The translations under genes and the position numbers were made by a program. Shown piece by piece: positions 50,453 through 63,508 of a stretch of 64,000 nt of DNA. Origin of the DNA: Antedon mediterranea (taxonomy: Eukaryota; Animalia; Echinodermata); the NCBI RefSeq assembly GCF_964355755.1, contig NC_092673.1, forward strand, positions 1,550,001 through 1,614,000, in the 5' to 3' direction. Numbering within the stretch: position 1 is the stretch's first letter; every line of letters begins with the position of its first letter. Under the pieces are notes generated by a model. The model saw nothing but the letters and a program-made list of their open reading frames with translations, had not been told where the DNA came from and ran no database searches.

Positions 50453-53400
50453 CTAAGCCCTTTTTCTGAGATTGTAAATAATTAAACAGAGTCCTATAAC
50501 AGCGATGACGGCAAAGAGTACAGCTATGACGATGAAGGCGGGCGAGTTGATGGGTGTTTCTGTGTCTGGTGCCTCGGCAGGAATCATGTTAGTGGTGTTC
50601 AACATAAAGCCTAGCGACCAGGCTAAACTTACGCCGTTAACCTGAAACCAAAGAGAACAGTTTTATTATTGTTTCAAAATTTCAAAATAATGTTAATTAA
50701 ATTAAACTCAAAATACTCGCAAAAATAAATCATAAAGATTTGGTGGCGATTTCGATTGATTTCATCCAGTGCTACCAACCGCCTGCTTAAGCGTGGTTCA
50801 TACTAGAACCAAAGTTCTTTGCTAGAACGCAAAGTGTTGTATTGCGTAATCACAAGTGGGAAGGAAAACCAACGATGTAACAGTGCTTCAAACATCGCAC
50901 GTTTGATTTCATGCAGGCGGGGTTATTTTTACGTCGCTAGTAGTATAGTGGGAACCAAACCTGCTCCAACAACAAACAAAACTGCACAGAAAGCCGTGCA
51001 TACACTAATTTACATAAAGGTGTTCAACCATCGAAGAATGTAGGCCTAATTGTGCATTATAAACTATAGTCTTCCGAATCTCTCCAGTGCCTCTCTCTGC
51101 CTTCTCTCCATTGAGTATTAAAAGGCTTGTAATGCAGTAAATCTATTCCCGTTTCGATTGTCCGTTGTCAACTATGTCATTAAATGAATTGAATAATTCT
51201 ACCAGACTTACCTTTTTAACGAATTTTATGTTCCAATTTTCTTCTGTGAATTTAAATCCCCTGGTGAGTACTGCATATACATAGTTGATATTAAAACAAT
51301 ATGATTTCACGTATTCAACTTTGGTGATGTCTTTTACCTGGAGAGGTATAATATTTGAAATAAAAATAAGGAAAGATTATGACCGAAACAAATGGAGAAA
51401 CAAACTTCCTATTGTTGAACCTACAATGAGGTAGCGAACAGAAATACTTAACAACTTAAACCTGCATAAATAAACAGGAGTTAAGCTCCGTCTACACAAA
51501 ATAAGCGCCCAAATAATGGTAGCGATATGACGTCATCGTGTCCATTTTTTTCCACATATAACAAGGTTGATGGTGTAAGACAGCGCTTTACACGCAAGAG
51601 AATGTTCCATTATCCAAAGAGGGGTGTCCATCAAACTACGTTCTCTTAAGTAGCTTTCCTACACTACTACTAGGCTGCCTATTTGTTTCCTTTTGTTTAT
51701 GACCAACAATCATTGAAATGTTATCGCATAAACTTACATCATTCCAGTTTTTCTGACAAAAACTTAAACCGGTTTCGTGGATTTCTGATATTTTTGCATT
51801 TTCCCCTAGACCCGTACCAGATACTGCGTAGAAAAATCCACTGAAAGCCTGCGAATTTAAAACACACACAATTTATAAATAGGCATAAATGGTTGCGAGT
51901 CCACTACAACTAAACAGAAAAATACAAAATATTTCAAATTATGAATAAAAGTCAAGTAAAGCTTGGTTTCCACGATACGCAAAGACCTATGCGCAATGCT
52001 GTCAAGTGAGTTGATCAATCACAAGCGACAGTTCGGATTATCATCATGATTGCTTTTGTTGCTTCAAAATTTGACCAATCTTAAGCTTGGTTCCCACTAG
52101 CGACGCAACGCAACGACGTATTGACGCAAAGTGCTGTATTGGACGACAAACAGTGCTGCAAACATCGCAGGTTTGATTTCACGCAGGAGGGGGAAAACAC
52201 AATTAGTTTAAGGGCATTTTCTTACGTTGCGTAGGTTGCGTCGTTACGTTGCGTCGCTAGTGGGAACCAAGCTTTAAAGATAAGATACAGTCAATATGGA
52301 ATAAAAAGAAAACATACCATGAAGTTACCATATGGCGCTGGTTGGAACTGGCTATTTAGTCCACACGACTTATGGGTACATCTTACGGACGATGACGACA
52401 CCATATTTAATGCTTTTCGTCTACATTCAGTGCCATTACCGACACCGACTAATTTGAAGGTTTCATTTGGTGAAATTGGAATATCAGAAGGCTTTTGTGT
52501 GCATGGTAACGACCATATATAAGACTGCTTTATGGATTCGTTGAAACCAGCGTGTCCACACGGATCGTGTACTACTTTTGCAAACCCTGCATCCTGTAAT
52601 GAATAACAATGACAAGGTAATCGGTCAAGGAAAACCCGCTTCAAATTTCATACAAATACACTGACCGACGGTCAATCACCACCCACCCCAGGAGGGGTGA
52701 AGACCCCACCCACCTCAGGAGGGGTGAAGACCCACGTACCTCAGGAGGGGTGAAGACCCCACGTACCCCAGGAGGGATGAAGACCCCACGTACCTCAGGA
52801 GGGGTGAAGACCCCACGTACCTCAGGAGGGGTGAAGACCCCACGTACCCCAGGAGGGGTGAAGACCCCACGTACCCCAGGAGGGGTGAAGACCCCACGTA
52901 CCTCAGGAGGGGTAAAGACCCCACGTACCCCAGGAGGGGTGAAGACCCCACGTACCCCAGGAGGGGTGAAGACCCCACGTACCTCAGGAGGGGTGAAGAC
53001 CCCACGTACCTCAGGAGGGGTGAAGACCCCACGTACCCCAGGAGGGGTGAAGACCCCACGTACCCCAGGAGGGGTAAAGGGTAGGCCTACAATTTAGTAT
53101 ACAAAATATAATTAACACAAGATGGTCTATTATTCCAGGACGGGTGAATGGCATAATTTACAAACTATTAGCAATTAAAGATGAGATCATCGTCATCATG
53201 TAATAAATGGTTATGCTGGCATACTCAAGTAATACATTGAATTTAAACATTTCTTTTCAAACCAACAAATGGTTTTGAAAATTTGTAAAGAAAAAGTTAT
53301 ATTCATTCAGTACAGAGACATGGACATTTAAAATGAAACACAGTGATACTTTAAAAATGTGAATATTAGTCTTCTTTTGATGGACCCTTTCATGAATGTA

Positions 53401-56400
53401 CATATTACGTCTAAGATATGCATCAACTTACCTTAATTAATTGGGCTAAATATTGTCTTCTAGCCTCATTAGCACCATAGCAAAGGTAACTCATACTATA
53501 CACGCTATAATTCACCCCATATAGTCGGAGTTTATTTATTTGTGCGTGTGATATGCTCTCTGCGTTTTCTGGTATAAAAGAAATCTGCATCGAAGCGCCC
53601 CCTAGATCAAGAGCTCCTATAGTTGATTTAGGTTTAGAGTAAAATAACGAACGAACATGTCGGGAGAACGTTTTTGGACTCTGAAATTATTTTAAAAATA
53701 TCATTAGCATCATGGAAACAAACGATACAAGTATTTGACTGGAAGTTGGGTCTTGGTTGAATTTAACCATTTTTTTTTCTAAGAAAGAGATAACTTTTTT
53801 AATTCATTTAAATTGTTCATGTTTTTGGGGGGAAATACATCTTGGTATTTTCTTTTATGGTGCAGCGAAAGAGGGGAACTACTATTTTGTTATGTAAATT
53901 CGCTATAAAGATTATATAACTTATTAATTACCTCTTCTAGTGTTTTCATTATATAATTTGTTGATATCCAGCCTGAGATTCCCTCTTCGTCGCCGTCTAT
54001 TATTCGGGCGTCATTATCGTTACGAAAGTCGAACTTCGAATTGTGTAGATATTTTCGTACCGACGTAAAAATAGCATTACTGATGGACGGATTGCGCTCA
54101 CTGCAGGAGAGCAATAAAAGTGGAATATTAAATGAAATGCGGATATATACCCGTAGGCCTAGCGAACATAAAACATACAGGATTGGATATTAATGTTGAT
54201 CGTGTTCTACATATTCCTCACGAGTAAATTAATATAGAATGATCGACAATGTTGATGGTTTAGCAGCGTATTCAAATTAAACAGTGAACGATCGCAAAGT
54301 CAGGCGCTTTTGGCGTCAACTTTATTACACTGACTAGCCACATTACCGTAATGTACACGCATGCGTTACGGAATACGGTAGATGAGAATTAGTAAGAGTT
54401 TGAGACACGCTTAACGGGAACGGATGTTAATACGGTATGACAGCAGACGCTTTGTCCCACTTAAATAATATATGGTTTGTGAAATCAATAGAAAATACAC
54501 GAAGTAAAAGTTATCCTATTGTTATAGCTTACAGCAAGCCATTAAGAAGAGCCATTTAGTATTTTACTTAAGACTACAGAATTGGGTTAAGTCTTTTATA
54601 TAATTCACGTTCTGGTAGCTAGGTATACGCCTTGTGAAGTCATGTTATACTGTAAATCATTTAAATTATTAACGAAATAGTATTCGTTGGTTACTCTTTC
54701 AAAATTTCCCCTTTAAAAATCGTTATCACCTTTACCGTTGTGATTATGATGAAGTAGTGATTATAACGACGTAGTAATTATGATGACGTAGTGATTATGA
54801 TGACGTAGTGGCATTTATATAAAGCCTTTATTAGCTATTTTTGCTATATTCCTGTCAATTAAAAAAAATGGTATTAACTTACTCCACAATTCTCATTCCG
54901 GCTGTTGCTCCTAGAAATGCTCGAGTGACATCTTTCGGAGCTGGCAGCTCTGTCGCATTCACACAAGTTTCCAGCGCTGAGCCCGCGTCCTCTGGATGCG
55001 TGTCAAAGGTCGATAGTGCTAAATTATTAAGTAAAGTATGGTTATGGTTAAATGTGTTAATGTTGTTCGCTGATTTTGAAAAGGAATACATTATATGGAA
55101 ATAAATCGAACCCTATGAATAACGCTTTACTATAGCACCATGTACGAATTGTTCCTTCTCTTACAGACGTACCTACCACACTCTTATGTATCGTACTCTC
55201 TGATTGGTTACTTATTACAGCCTCTCATGCAACAACTTTACGGTGGTTCCCACTAGAGACGCAACGCATGGACGTAGACGCAAAGCAAACGAGTTGGCCA
55301 ATCACAAGCGAAAATTCGGATCATCCATCGCGTGTGATTGGTCACCGTGAAATGACTTAAGTTTTTGCGTCTCTAGTGGGAACCAAGTACAGTATTAGCG
55401 GCAACACAAGGGCGTACGCACAACTTGCGTGACCAAGTAACTACCGTTACACTTACGCCCTTGTGGGAAGCAAGCTTTAAACTTCCACTTACCTTCGCCA
55501 TCAGTGCAAACAGCAGTTTCTTCTACAACCCCGGTCCCATTAACTTTGCCGCCTGGCCATCTATACACGTAAAGTCGTGTGCCCGTCGATCCAGCATCAA
55601 ACACAACACCATACTATACATATTAAAATAAAGTTTAATGCGTCTCAATTTACATACAGACCCAATACAGAAGACAATGCACTGTGTAGATAATTGTATA
55701 AAAAAGGCTCTCAAACCATGTGCGCTCGCAGTGGCAGATCTAGGATTTTGAAATTTGTACGGTGGTGGTGAGGACAGGGCCTAAAATTGTATGTGCCGAA
55801 CTGAAATTGGTGTCCTATCTTTTGCATTACAATTGACAAAATGTAGGAGGGAGGGCGGCTGGGCCCTTGAATCCGCCTATGTCTTTACTGAAATCCTATA
55901 GAGGAGCGACACTAATTGTTCCCCATTAACAAATTGTAAAGATATATTAACACTTGCCAATAATGTGATAAACCTAAATGTAATTCATTTTTAATGTGAA
56001 AATTACATATTTAATGTTAAACATGAAATACATGTGGCGTTTTAAAGATTAACCATTTCATACATAAATCATTTTTATTTATCGATTACGAACTCATCTG
56101 TATTAATGTATACGTGTTAACGTTTATGAATTCGTTATAAACCCTGTAGCTGCTGAATATAAATCAGAATTGTATCAGCATAGAATAAAATTGTATCTTA
56201 AAAATCTAATCACTAAATTCGTTTAGAGTTTTAAACATTAGTTCATGGGTTAATCGATATTACGGTATAGATTTGTAGATTTAAAATTTGAATGCATTTG
56301 TAAAACGCTTAAAATATATATTTAAAGTCACGAATAGGCCTATACAGTTTTAAGATTGTTATTTACCGTTTTATATTTATTTGTTATTTATATATTTAAT

Positions 56401-56589
56401 ATGATATATAAAAAGTACAAAACGATAGCACACAACTAAGAAAGTTTGTATTACAAACACAATTTTAAACATCTATAAAAATACAACTATATTACAAAAA
56501 AATTTTGAACAATATACAATAAATTAATAAAATGGGAATAATAAAATATAGTAAATAAAAATTAAGTTCTATGCACTGCTATTTAATTG

Positions 56590-56634
<45 letters not shown>

Positions 56635-59600
56635 TTGGATTGATATGTGAATTCCGAAATAAACAGGAATGAAAAATCCAATTTTAAATTTCCCATATAA
56701 TTTATGCCTTTGTAGGCCTATATTAGTTGTGAATTGAAGTCTGGCAATTTAACACACTTATTTATAGTTTTAGATATTGTAATGATTACCAACACGTTCC
56801 TATGTACTAACCATTGAATATTTGTTATTACAAGTAAATTTCTAGTCATTACACACACACAATACATATTATACGTTCCAATACAATCTACTATATTAAA
56901 GAAAATTAGGCACCTAATGTGAAAACAAATACTGTATATTATAAGTTCATTCTTGTTTCTCTTTTTATTGTTGAGAATTAGGCCTAGTACAATATCTTAA
57001 TATTCCAAATATCTAATATTCCAAAACAGTCGTAAAGTAGGCTTAGAAATAATTTAGTCTAAACATTCATTGGGAATACGTAGATCTTATTAATAATATT
57101 GCATAATGTGGATGCTCCAACACTATATCAAGCTCCGCCAGACAATTTAAGAATACTAAAGTGATTCCAACAATCTAGCGAAACGTACTATTAATATCGC
57201 CAACGTATAATAATCGGAGCGTGTACTTGATTTACGATGTGTTTTACGCCTGAATTCATTACTCGCACATCTCCCAGAAAATGATTCAGTTCCCGAAGCG
57301 TTGCTAAAATATAAATAATGAAGTACACTACGACATTTTCGCGCCGCCACGGCGTTTCTTGATTATTGGCACGAGTGAGCCCGAAGCTTCTTCGTACTGT
57401 GAAAACCATACTATAATATATAGCAATTACTTCACGAGTGAGCACGATGCATCTTCGTACTGAACTCCATACTATAATATATAGCAATTATTTTACGAGT
57501 GAGCCCGAAGCATCTTCGGACTGTGAACGCCATACTATAAAATATAGCAATTATTTCACGAGTGAGCCCGAAGCATCTTCGTTCTGTGAACGCCATACTA
57601 TAATATATAGTAATTACTTCACGAGTGAGCACGATGCATCTTCGTACTGAACTCCATACTATAATATATAGCAATTATTTTACGAGTGAGCCCGAAGCAT
57701 CTTCGGACTGTGAACGCCATACTATAAAATATAGCAATTATTTCACGAGTGAGCCCGAAGCATCTTCGTTCTGTGAACGCCATACTATAATATATATCAA
57801 TTATTTCACGAGTGAGCCCGAAGTATCTTCGTACTGTGAACAACGATTATGAATTATTTCACGAGTGAGACCGAAGCATCTTCGTACTAGACTGTGAACA
57901 ATAATTATGAATTATTTCACAAGTGAGACCGAAGCATCTTCGTACTGTGAACAACAATTATGAATTATTTCATGAGTGAGCCTGATGCATCTTCGTACTG
58001 AACTCCATACTATAATATATAGCAATTATTGTACGAGTGAGCCCGAAGCATCTTCGGACTGTGAACACCATACTATAAAATATAGCAATTATTTCACGAG
58101 TGAGCCCGAAACATCTTCGTTCTGTGAACGCCATACTATAATATATAGCAATTATTTCACGAGTGAGCCCGAAGCATCTTCGTACTGTTAACAACGATTA
58201 TGAATATTTCACGAATGAGCCCGAAGCATCTTCGTACTGTGAATTATGAATTATTTTACGAGTGAGCCCGAAGCATCTTCGTACTGTGAATAACAATTAT
58301 GAATTATTTCACAAGTGAGACCGAAGCATCTTCGTACTGTGAACAACAATTATGAATTATTTCACGAGTGAGCCCGAAGCATCTTCGTACTGTGAACGCC
58401 ATATACTATAATATATACAAATGATTTCTCTATGTTTATCACTTACGACCCTGTGGACTTTTAAAATCCGCAATGACTTGCGTTGCGCTTACGCCTTGCG
58501 CTGCGTTATAGTGGAAACCAAGTGCGTCTAGTTGGATCAAAGAATTGACAAATAAATAACAACGCGTGGGTCATCGGGACTGCTTGTATTGGTCAACTCA
58601 CTTCCGTTGCGTCGTCTTAGTGGGAACGAAGCTTACGCATAGGCATACAATGTAGTCAAACTTTTCAATTTAATAAAACTACAATAAACGTTTACAGTAC
58701 GTATTAATGCATCTTTGAAGAGGTATTCTAACAACTTGTTGGAATACATTTTTAATGGCATTTACAATCAATATTTAAAAGCAACTGGTCTCATAATATC
58801 CACTGCATGTATTATGTAAACCACAGCTCCGTAATAATTGTATGCGTAATTTCAATGTTAATCTCACTTTTTCTATTTAATGTTATGCTTACCGTTTAGT
58901 TTAATTGTTTTTTAACAGTAAAGCATTTTATAAATTATGTATTATGTAAAGGTCTTAAAATGTATTGTGGTATATGTGTATATTATTTGTTTGGTATTAT
59001 CGGAATACTATACACATTTCTGTCGTGGTATGGTAGACTCACCTCCATTATTATAATTACACATAGGTTGTATTCTAAGTACGTCACTAAGTACTGACTA
59101 TCAGGGTTAATCGGTGTCTTTATGTCTATTAAATGGTTGTAACGCTACTTTGTTGTATTTAGCGCTACACAATACACACAGTGAAAGCGTTAGTTAAATA
59201 AAAAACCTATTTCATTCCGAAAAATAAAAAAAATAGGCTTATGTGTTGGGTAAAAAGTTATTATTTCTATCAATAAATCATTCAAATAACGTGGTACTTA
59301 AACTCTGTCAACAAAATGTGATGTGCCCAAAAATTATAGCAATATACCCAAATATGTTAGTAATATGACATGTCCATTACATCACATTTTTTGTCACATA
59401 AAGTTTGATAGTGTCGACAGAGCTTTAAATATGCACACAAACGAAATGAGGCCACAGCATTTCATCATGTTAAAAAACTACAAGAAACGACAAGACAATG
59501 ATATAAAATGAACATACACTGTCCGGTGTACCCATGTCCGTTTCGGGGTTTCCCCACGCACACCATGTGATCAAAGCCACTACGCCGGCGACCAGAAGCA

Positions 59601-59673
59601 ACGAACCGACGAGGAAGTGCGCGCGTGATGGCATGACTACACGCGGCTCTCCTCCCGTCTCTATCTTCTCCAT
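50453..59673 (-). CDS. Ectonucleoside triphosphate diphosphohydrolase (CD39/GDA1 family; cell-surface ENTPD1/2/3/8-like, two TM helices), 510 aa
   Basis: Exons 59673-59518, 55613-55493, 55018-54883, 54100-53932, 53680-53432, 52593-52318, 51848-51738, 51337-51212, 50641-50453 (TAG); 1533 nt, phase-consistent. Five apyrase conserved regions: DAGSTGT, GATAGMR, GDEEG..GW, GALDLGGASMQI, AWSLG. Hydrophobic segments at both termini. The exact vertebrate paralog cannot be assigned. Confidence 0.95.
50788..50960. mobile_element. MITE family B copy (diverged)
   Basis: AAGCGTGGTTCATACTAG ... TAGTGGGAACCAA. Interior CAAACATCGCACGTTTGATTTCA is shared with 52083-52274. Confidence 0.7.
51959..52274. mobile_element. 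MITE family B: complete copy at 52083-52274 abutting a partial related copy at 51959-52080
   Basis: TIRs AAGCTTGGTTCCCACTAGCGACGCAACG / CGTTGCGTCGCTAGTGGGAACCAAGCTT, flanked by TA-rich sites. Confidence 0.85.
52686..53080. repeat. 27-bp GC-rich minisatellite, ~14 copies
   Basis: (CAGGAGGGGTGAAGACCCCACGTACC(C/T))n. Confidence 0.95.
55243..55478. mobile_element. MITE family B copy (55243-55387) plus an adjacent fragment
   Basis: TGGTTCCCACTAGAGACGCAA ... TTGCGTCTCTAGTGGGAACCAAG; a further GTGGGAAGCAAGCTT end at ~55463-55477. Confidence 0.8.
56590..56634. repeat. (ATT)n microsatellite
   Basis: About 14-15 ATT units. Confidence 0.9.
57370..58415. repeat. Structured 54-63-bp minisatellite with 187-bp higher-order repeat
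   Basis: Core TTCACGAGTGAGCCCGAAGCATCTTCGTACTGTGAA alternates with two recurring linkers (CGCCATACTATAATATATAGCAATTAT and CAACAATTATGAATTAT). Confidence 0.92.
58483..58634. mobile_element. MITE family B fragments
   Basis: TTGCGTTGCG...TAGTGGAAACCAAG and TTGCGTCGTCTTAGTGGGAACGAAGCTT right ends. Confidence 0.65.
59299..59426. mobile_element. MITE family A copy (degenerate)
   Basis: AACTCTGTC...TTTTGTCACATAAAGTTTGATAGTGTCGACAGAGCTTT. Confidence 0.78.
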
Positions 59674-60360
59674 GGTGAAAACCCTGTCAAAATGTAAAAC
59701 AATTATTTAAATTACTGTAATAACTAATAGAGAGTTCATCATTACAAAGTATTTTAGACGAACGGTCAAAATGGCCGAGCAAAATAATAACACGAATTCC
59801 ATTGGTAACTGGAGAGTCCAGATAGTAATTGAACAATCAATATATACAAATAATCAAGCCGATTCATGATGGATTATAACAATGAAATATATTAGTCGAT
59901 TAAAAATGAGTTTCATTAGGCTATACCACAGGTGAGCATTTGCTAACACAAGATAACACACCTCCGGTAGGCCTACGTCTAAAGACAACACTTTGTAAAG
60001 GCAAGAAACTACTAATTTATAATACAACAAGCATTAGGAATACATCTTCTATTTTATACATGATAAAAGTACTTAGGTATCATACCATTTAACCATTTTT
60101 CTAACTGTGAATGCAACTAACAGAGATGCAAATGAACACCGAAATGAAACACTGTCGATTTGGCAACATACAAATGGCTATTCTAGAATGTATGACGAAC
60201 ATCGTAATAAGCGTCACCTGCTTTTTATTCAAATTAGTTGAATACCGCGGTGCACGTGACTTGCTAACTCAAGCGTTAGGAGGTAGGTTTACGTCTAAAC
60301 ATAGGTAGGCCTATTATAGTCAAGGTAAACCTAATGTTCGTAGCATATAGCATCTTAATC

Positions 60361-60518
60361 CCTGTCTACACTATCAAACTAGTTTGACAAAAAAGTGTGA
60401 TGTCCCTAAATATGGCAGTGATATGCCCAAATATGGTAGTGATAAGACATCAACATGTCCATATGGGCACATTACATTTCTTTGTCACATAAAGTTTGAT
60501 AGTGCAGGACAGATCTTT
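60361..60518. mobile_element. MITE family A copy
   Basis: CTGTCTACACTATCAAACTAGTTTG...AAGTTTGATAGTG..GACAGATCTTT. Confidence 0.83.
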
Positions 60519-61520
60519 ACATTGTATAAATTATAAATATTAAACAGTTTAAGCAGTAATGAGAGGCAAACAAGCAACGCTTCCAGCCTCTAAACCCAAG
60601 CAAACCCAAGTAAGTAAGTATACCCTTTGTGCACCTAGTTACCGTAAGTAGTTCAGATATGGAATTAATTAAACAATCATATATAGTCTAGTTAAGAAAT
60701 GCGTATACAGGTTTTAAAATGATTTATGATATTGGATATGATAATTGCGATGATTATCACGTTGAACAATTTTTATAGTTTTTCAAAAGTAAAATTTTAA
60801 TTGTCACCCAATCTTAGTGATAACTTGCACACCAGGTTGATGAACATGGTATTTGTCTATCTAACACTATTAAGCTGTCGGAGCTTAAATTGGCAAGTGA
60901 AGAAGAAATTAATATCATTATTAAATGCTCATCTTCTAAAACTTGTGTACCCGATCCTATACCCACAGCTTTTATAAAATCTAGTCCTGGAATCTTCATT
61001 CCTGTATAACTCGAATTGTAAGTAACACCACAATGAAGGGATGTTTTCCTGATACTCGAAAGGTTGCACATATCCAGATGTTCTACAAAATTATAGGCCT
61101 ATTTCAAACCTAAATTTTCTTTCTAAAATTGTTGAAAAAAAATGTTTCAATCATGAATCAACATAACGTTGTTGATATTCCTCAATATTGGAATGACTAT
61201 AATAGCATTAAGACGATATAACGCAAACATAAAAATAATAATTATGACGATAATGATAACAAAATATAAGTTACCTTTATATATTTCTTGCAGCACCGGT
61301 TATATCCACGTTATAATAGTTATAATATTCTCTTAAACATTCTTGCTTGCAAAGACTAAGTACAGGTCTAAATTATTTTCTTTCATGGGCAAACGATGTA
61401 ATCCTAATATTTACAAATCCTGTAAAAGTTAACAACCAATTAGTGTAAATATAATCCGCTTATCAAAATAAATTGTACGATGCTGCTAGCTCTGGGTTAC
61501 ACTGCAGCAGTAATACTCAC

Positions 61521-61640
61521 CGTTTGGACTCAGACTCGAAGTCAAATGAGCAAATCCGTGGCGAATTCTGCCGCCCATTTCTACAGCATCACTAGCATTT
61601 AATATTCTCATTCATGATTCGTCGAACTATTCATTAACGT
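61521..61640 (-). other. Possible 5'-UTR exon of the ENTPD gene
   Basis: The ATG exon has an acceptor (TTTGACAG) 10 nt upstream of the ATG, so an upstream exon is implied. A strong ACG|GTGAGT donor lies at 61521/61520 in a GC-richer patch. The 5' boundary is approximate. Confidence 0.35.
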
Positions 61641-62261
61641 CAGCACGCTTTGATGGTGTTTCTGCTGTATTATATTATTAAGTTGATTTTTCACCGTAGG
61701 CTCCAGTTGAATACGGAGTTCAACACAAACTTCAGACTCTTATGAATTTAACTGTAGTATTTTAATGTAAAGATATTTTTCCCTTGGGTAAGGTACACGG
61801 TAAATTAGTCAAATATATTGAATCATCCCATGAAAGTGATCGGTTTAGAAGACCAATAACACATTGTAAAAAAGATGAGAATTATTAAACTCTTAGTTAG
61901 GAGTACAGTACACGAAATATCATGTAAATAAAAGTGGGACAAATTTATCAGGACGACGTGTACGCACGAGTCGTACACTGAACTACGTCCACAATTTCTC
62001 GGAAAATTGTACAATTTTAACATTTTATATTTATTTCTAAACTTTAAGGACTGGGAGAATATCGCCTGGTAAATATTGTGAATCATCTCTCGGACATAGG
62101 GAAAGGACCCAGTCAGTTGTGACTCATCCTTCTTTCTCCTTCCCAAATATACATAGGCCTATACGTATTTTCAGAACAAAGGTTGCAATTTTAAGATTTT
62201 TTATTTATTTCATAATTGAAATGTAAAACCGGTGTATGATATACTTTATTGAATCATATCT

Positions 62262-62756
62262 CAGACATGAATAGGGAGTACGATCGGTTGGACCTAGCCA
62301 CACCCACTCCACCCCTCAGACATGGATAGGGAGTACGATCGGTTGGACCTAGCCACACCCACTCCACCCCTCAGACATGGATAGGGAGTACGATCGGTTG
62401 GACCTAGCCACACCCACTCCACCCCTCAGACATGGATAGGGAGTACGATCGGTTGGACCTAGCCACACCCACTCCACCCCTCAGACATGGATAGGGAGTA
62501 CGATCGGTTGGACCTAGCCACACCCACTCCACCCCTCAGACATGGATAGGGAGTACGATCGGTTGGACCTAGCCACACCCACTCCACCCCTCAGACATGG
62601 ATAGGGAGTACGATCGGTTGGACCTAGCCACACCCACTCCACCCCTCAGACATGGATAGGGAGTACGATCGGTTGGACCTAGCCACACCCACTCCACCCC
62701 TCAGACATGGATAGGGAGTACGATCGGTTGGACCTAGCCACACCCACTCCACCCTC
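62262..62756. repeat. 55-bp minisatellite, 9 near-identical copies
   Basis: (CAGACATGGATAGGGAGTACGATCGGTTGGACCTAGCCACACCCACTCCACCCCT)n. Confidence 0.96.
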
Positions 62757-63182
62757 CATCGTCACTTTCTCCCTCCTCCAATGTACACGTCACGGCCGAG
62801 TTAAGTATACGAGAAGCAGCCAAAGTAATATATCATTCTGCAGTATATTATATAACATCATGCTCAATTCATTAGCCTTATACATTTTGTGAAGACGCGG
62901 TGTTTCTTTCAAAAGAAACTAAGTCAATTTGTTCTAAGTGAACTGTATTGATGCTAAAAAAAAGGTTGACGAACCTCTCACCTTAATAAGAAAACACAAT
63001 ACATGAAACAAACACATTATGTTTACCGACTGACAAAATCGTGTGTAAGCTACTATAGTAATATTATTTGTCTGAAGATTTAGTTTATTACTAATACGGC
63101 AATATAAACAGAAAGCCCCCGTCTTCGTATGAGTATACTAGTAGTAGGCACTGTACACTATTTTCAGCCCGGAAATGTTAGA

Positions 63183-63331
63183 AAGCGTAGTTTCCACTTA
63201 AACGCAATGACGTAGAAGCAATGCAATTGAAGTCACCAATCACAAGCTCGGATGATTCATGCATCGTGATTGGTCAAATTTCTTGAGGCGCGCTTACGTC
63301 CTTACGTTGAGTGTAAATGGGAACCAAGCTT
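63183..63331. mobile_element. MITE family B copy (diverged)
   Basis: AAGCGTAGTTTCCACT..ACGCAA ... TGGGAACCAAGCTT, with the internal CCAATCACAAGC/TGATTGGTCA seen at 55243. Confidence 0.72.
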
Positions 63332-63394
63332 TAAAACACGGGACCGATTTTAGCTTAGTTTCTATGATTTCGTCTCCTCTGCAGAAATACTTGT

Positions 63395-63508
63395 AAAGCT
63401 CTGTCGACACTATCAAACTTTTATGTGATAGTGATATCGCTACCATATTTAGGCATATCACTACCATATTTCGGCACATCACATTTTTTATAGTGTAGAC
63501 AGAGCTTT
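63395..63508. mobile_element. MITE family A copy (internally deleted)
   Basis: AAAGCTCTGTCGACACTATCAAACT ... TAGTGTAGACAGAGCTTT. Confidence 0.83.

Noticed and set aside
52715-53097. GGVKTPRT repeat protein
   Set aside because: 27-bp minisatellite within an ENTPD intron; no flanking exon structure.
53592-53606. CTCF-like GCGCCCCCTAG in ENTPD
   Set aside because: Explained by coding constraint of the LGGAS apyrase motif on the opposite strand.
57370-58415. CRISPR array (36-bp hairpin repeat plus spacers)
   Set aside because: The spacers are of two recurring types rather than unique, there are no cas genes, and the context is a eukaryotic intron.
61521-61578. Coding first exon for ENTPD (MGGRIRHG...)
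   Set aside because: 58 nt plus the 10 nt before the ATG at 59673 is out of frame; at most a uORF.
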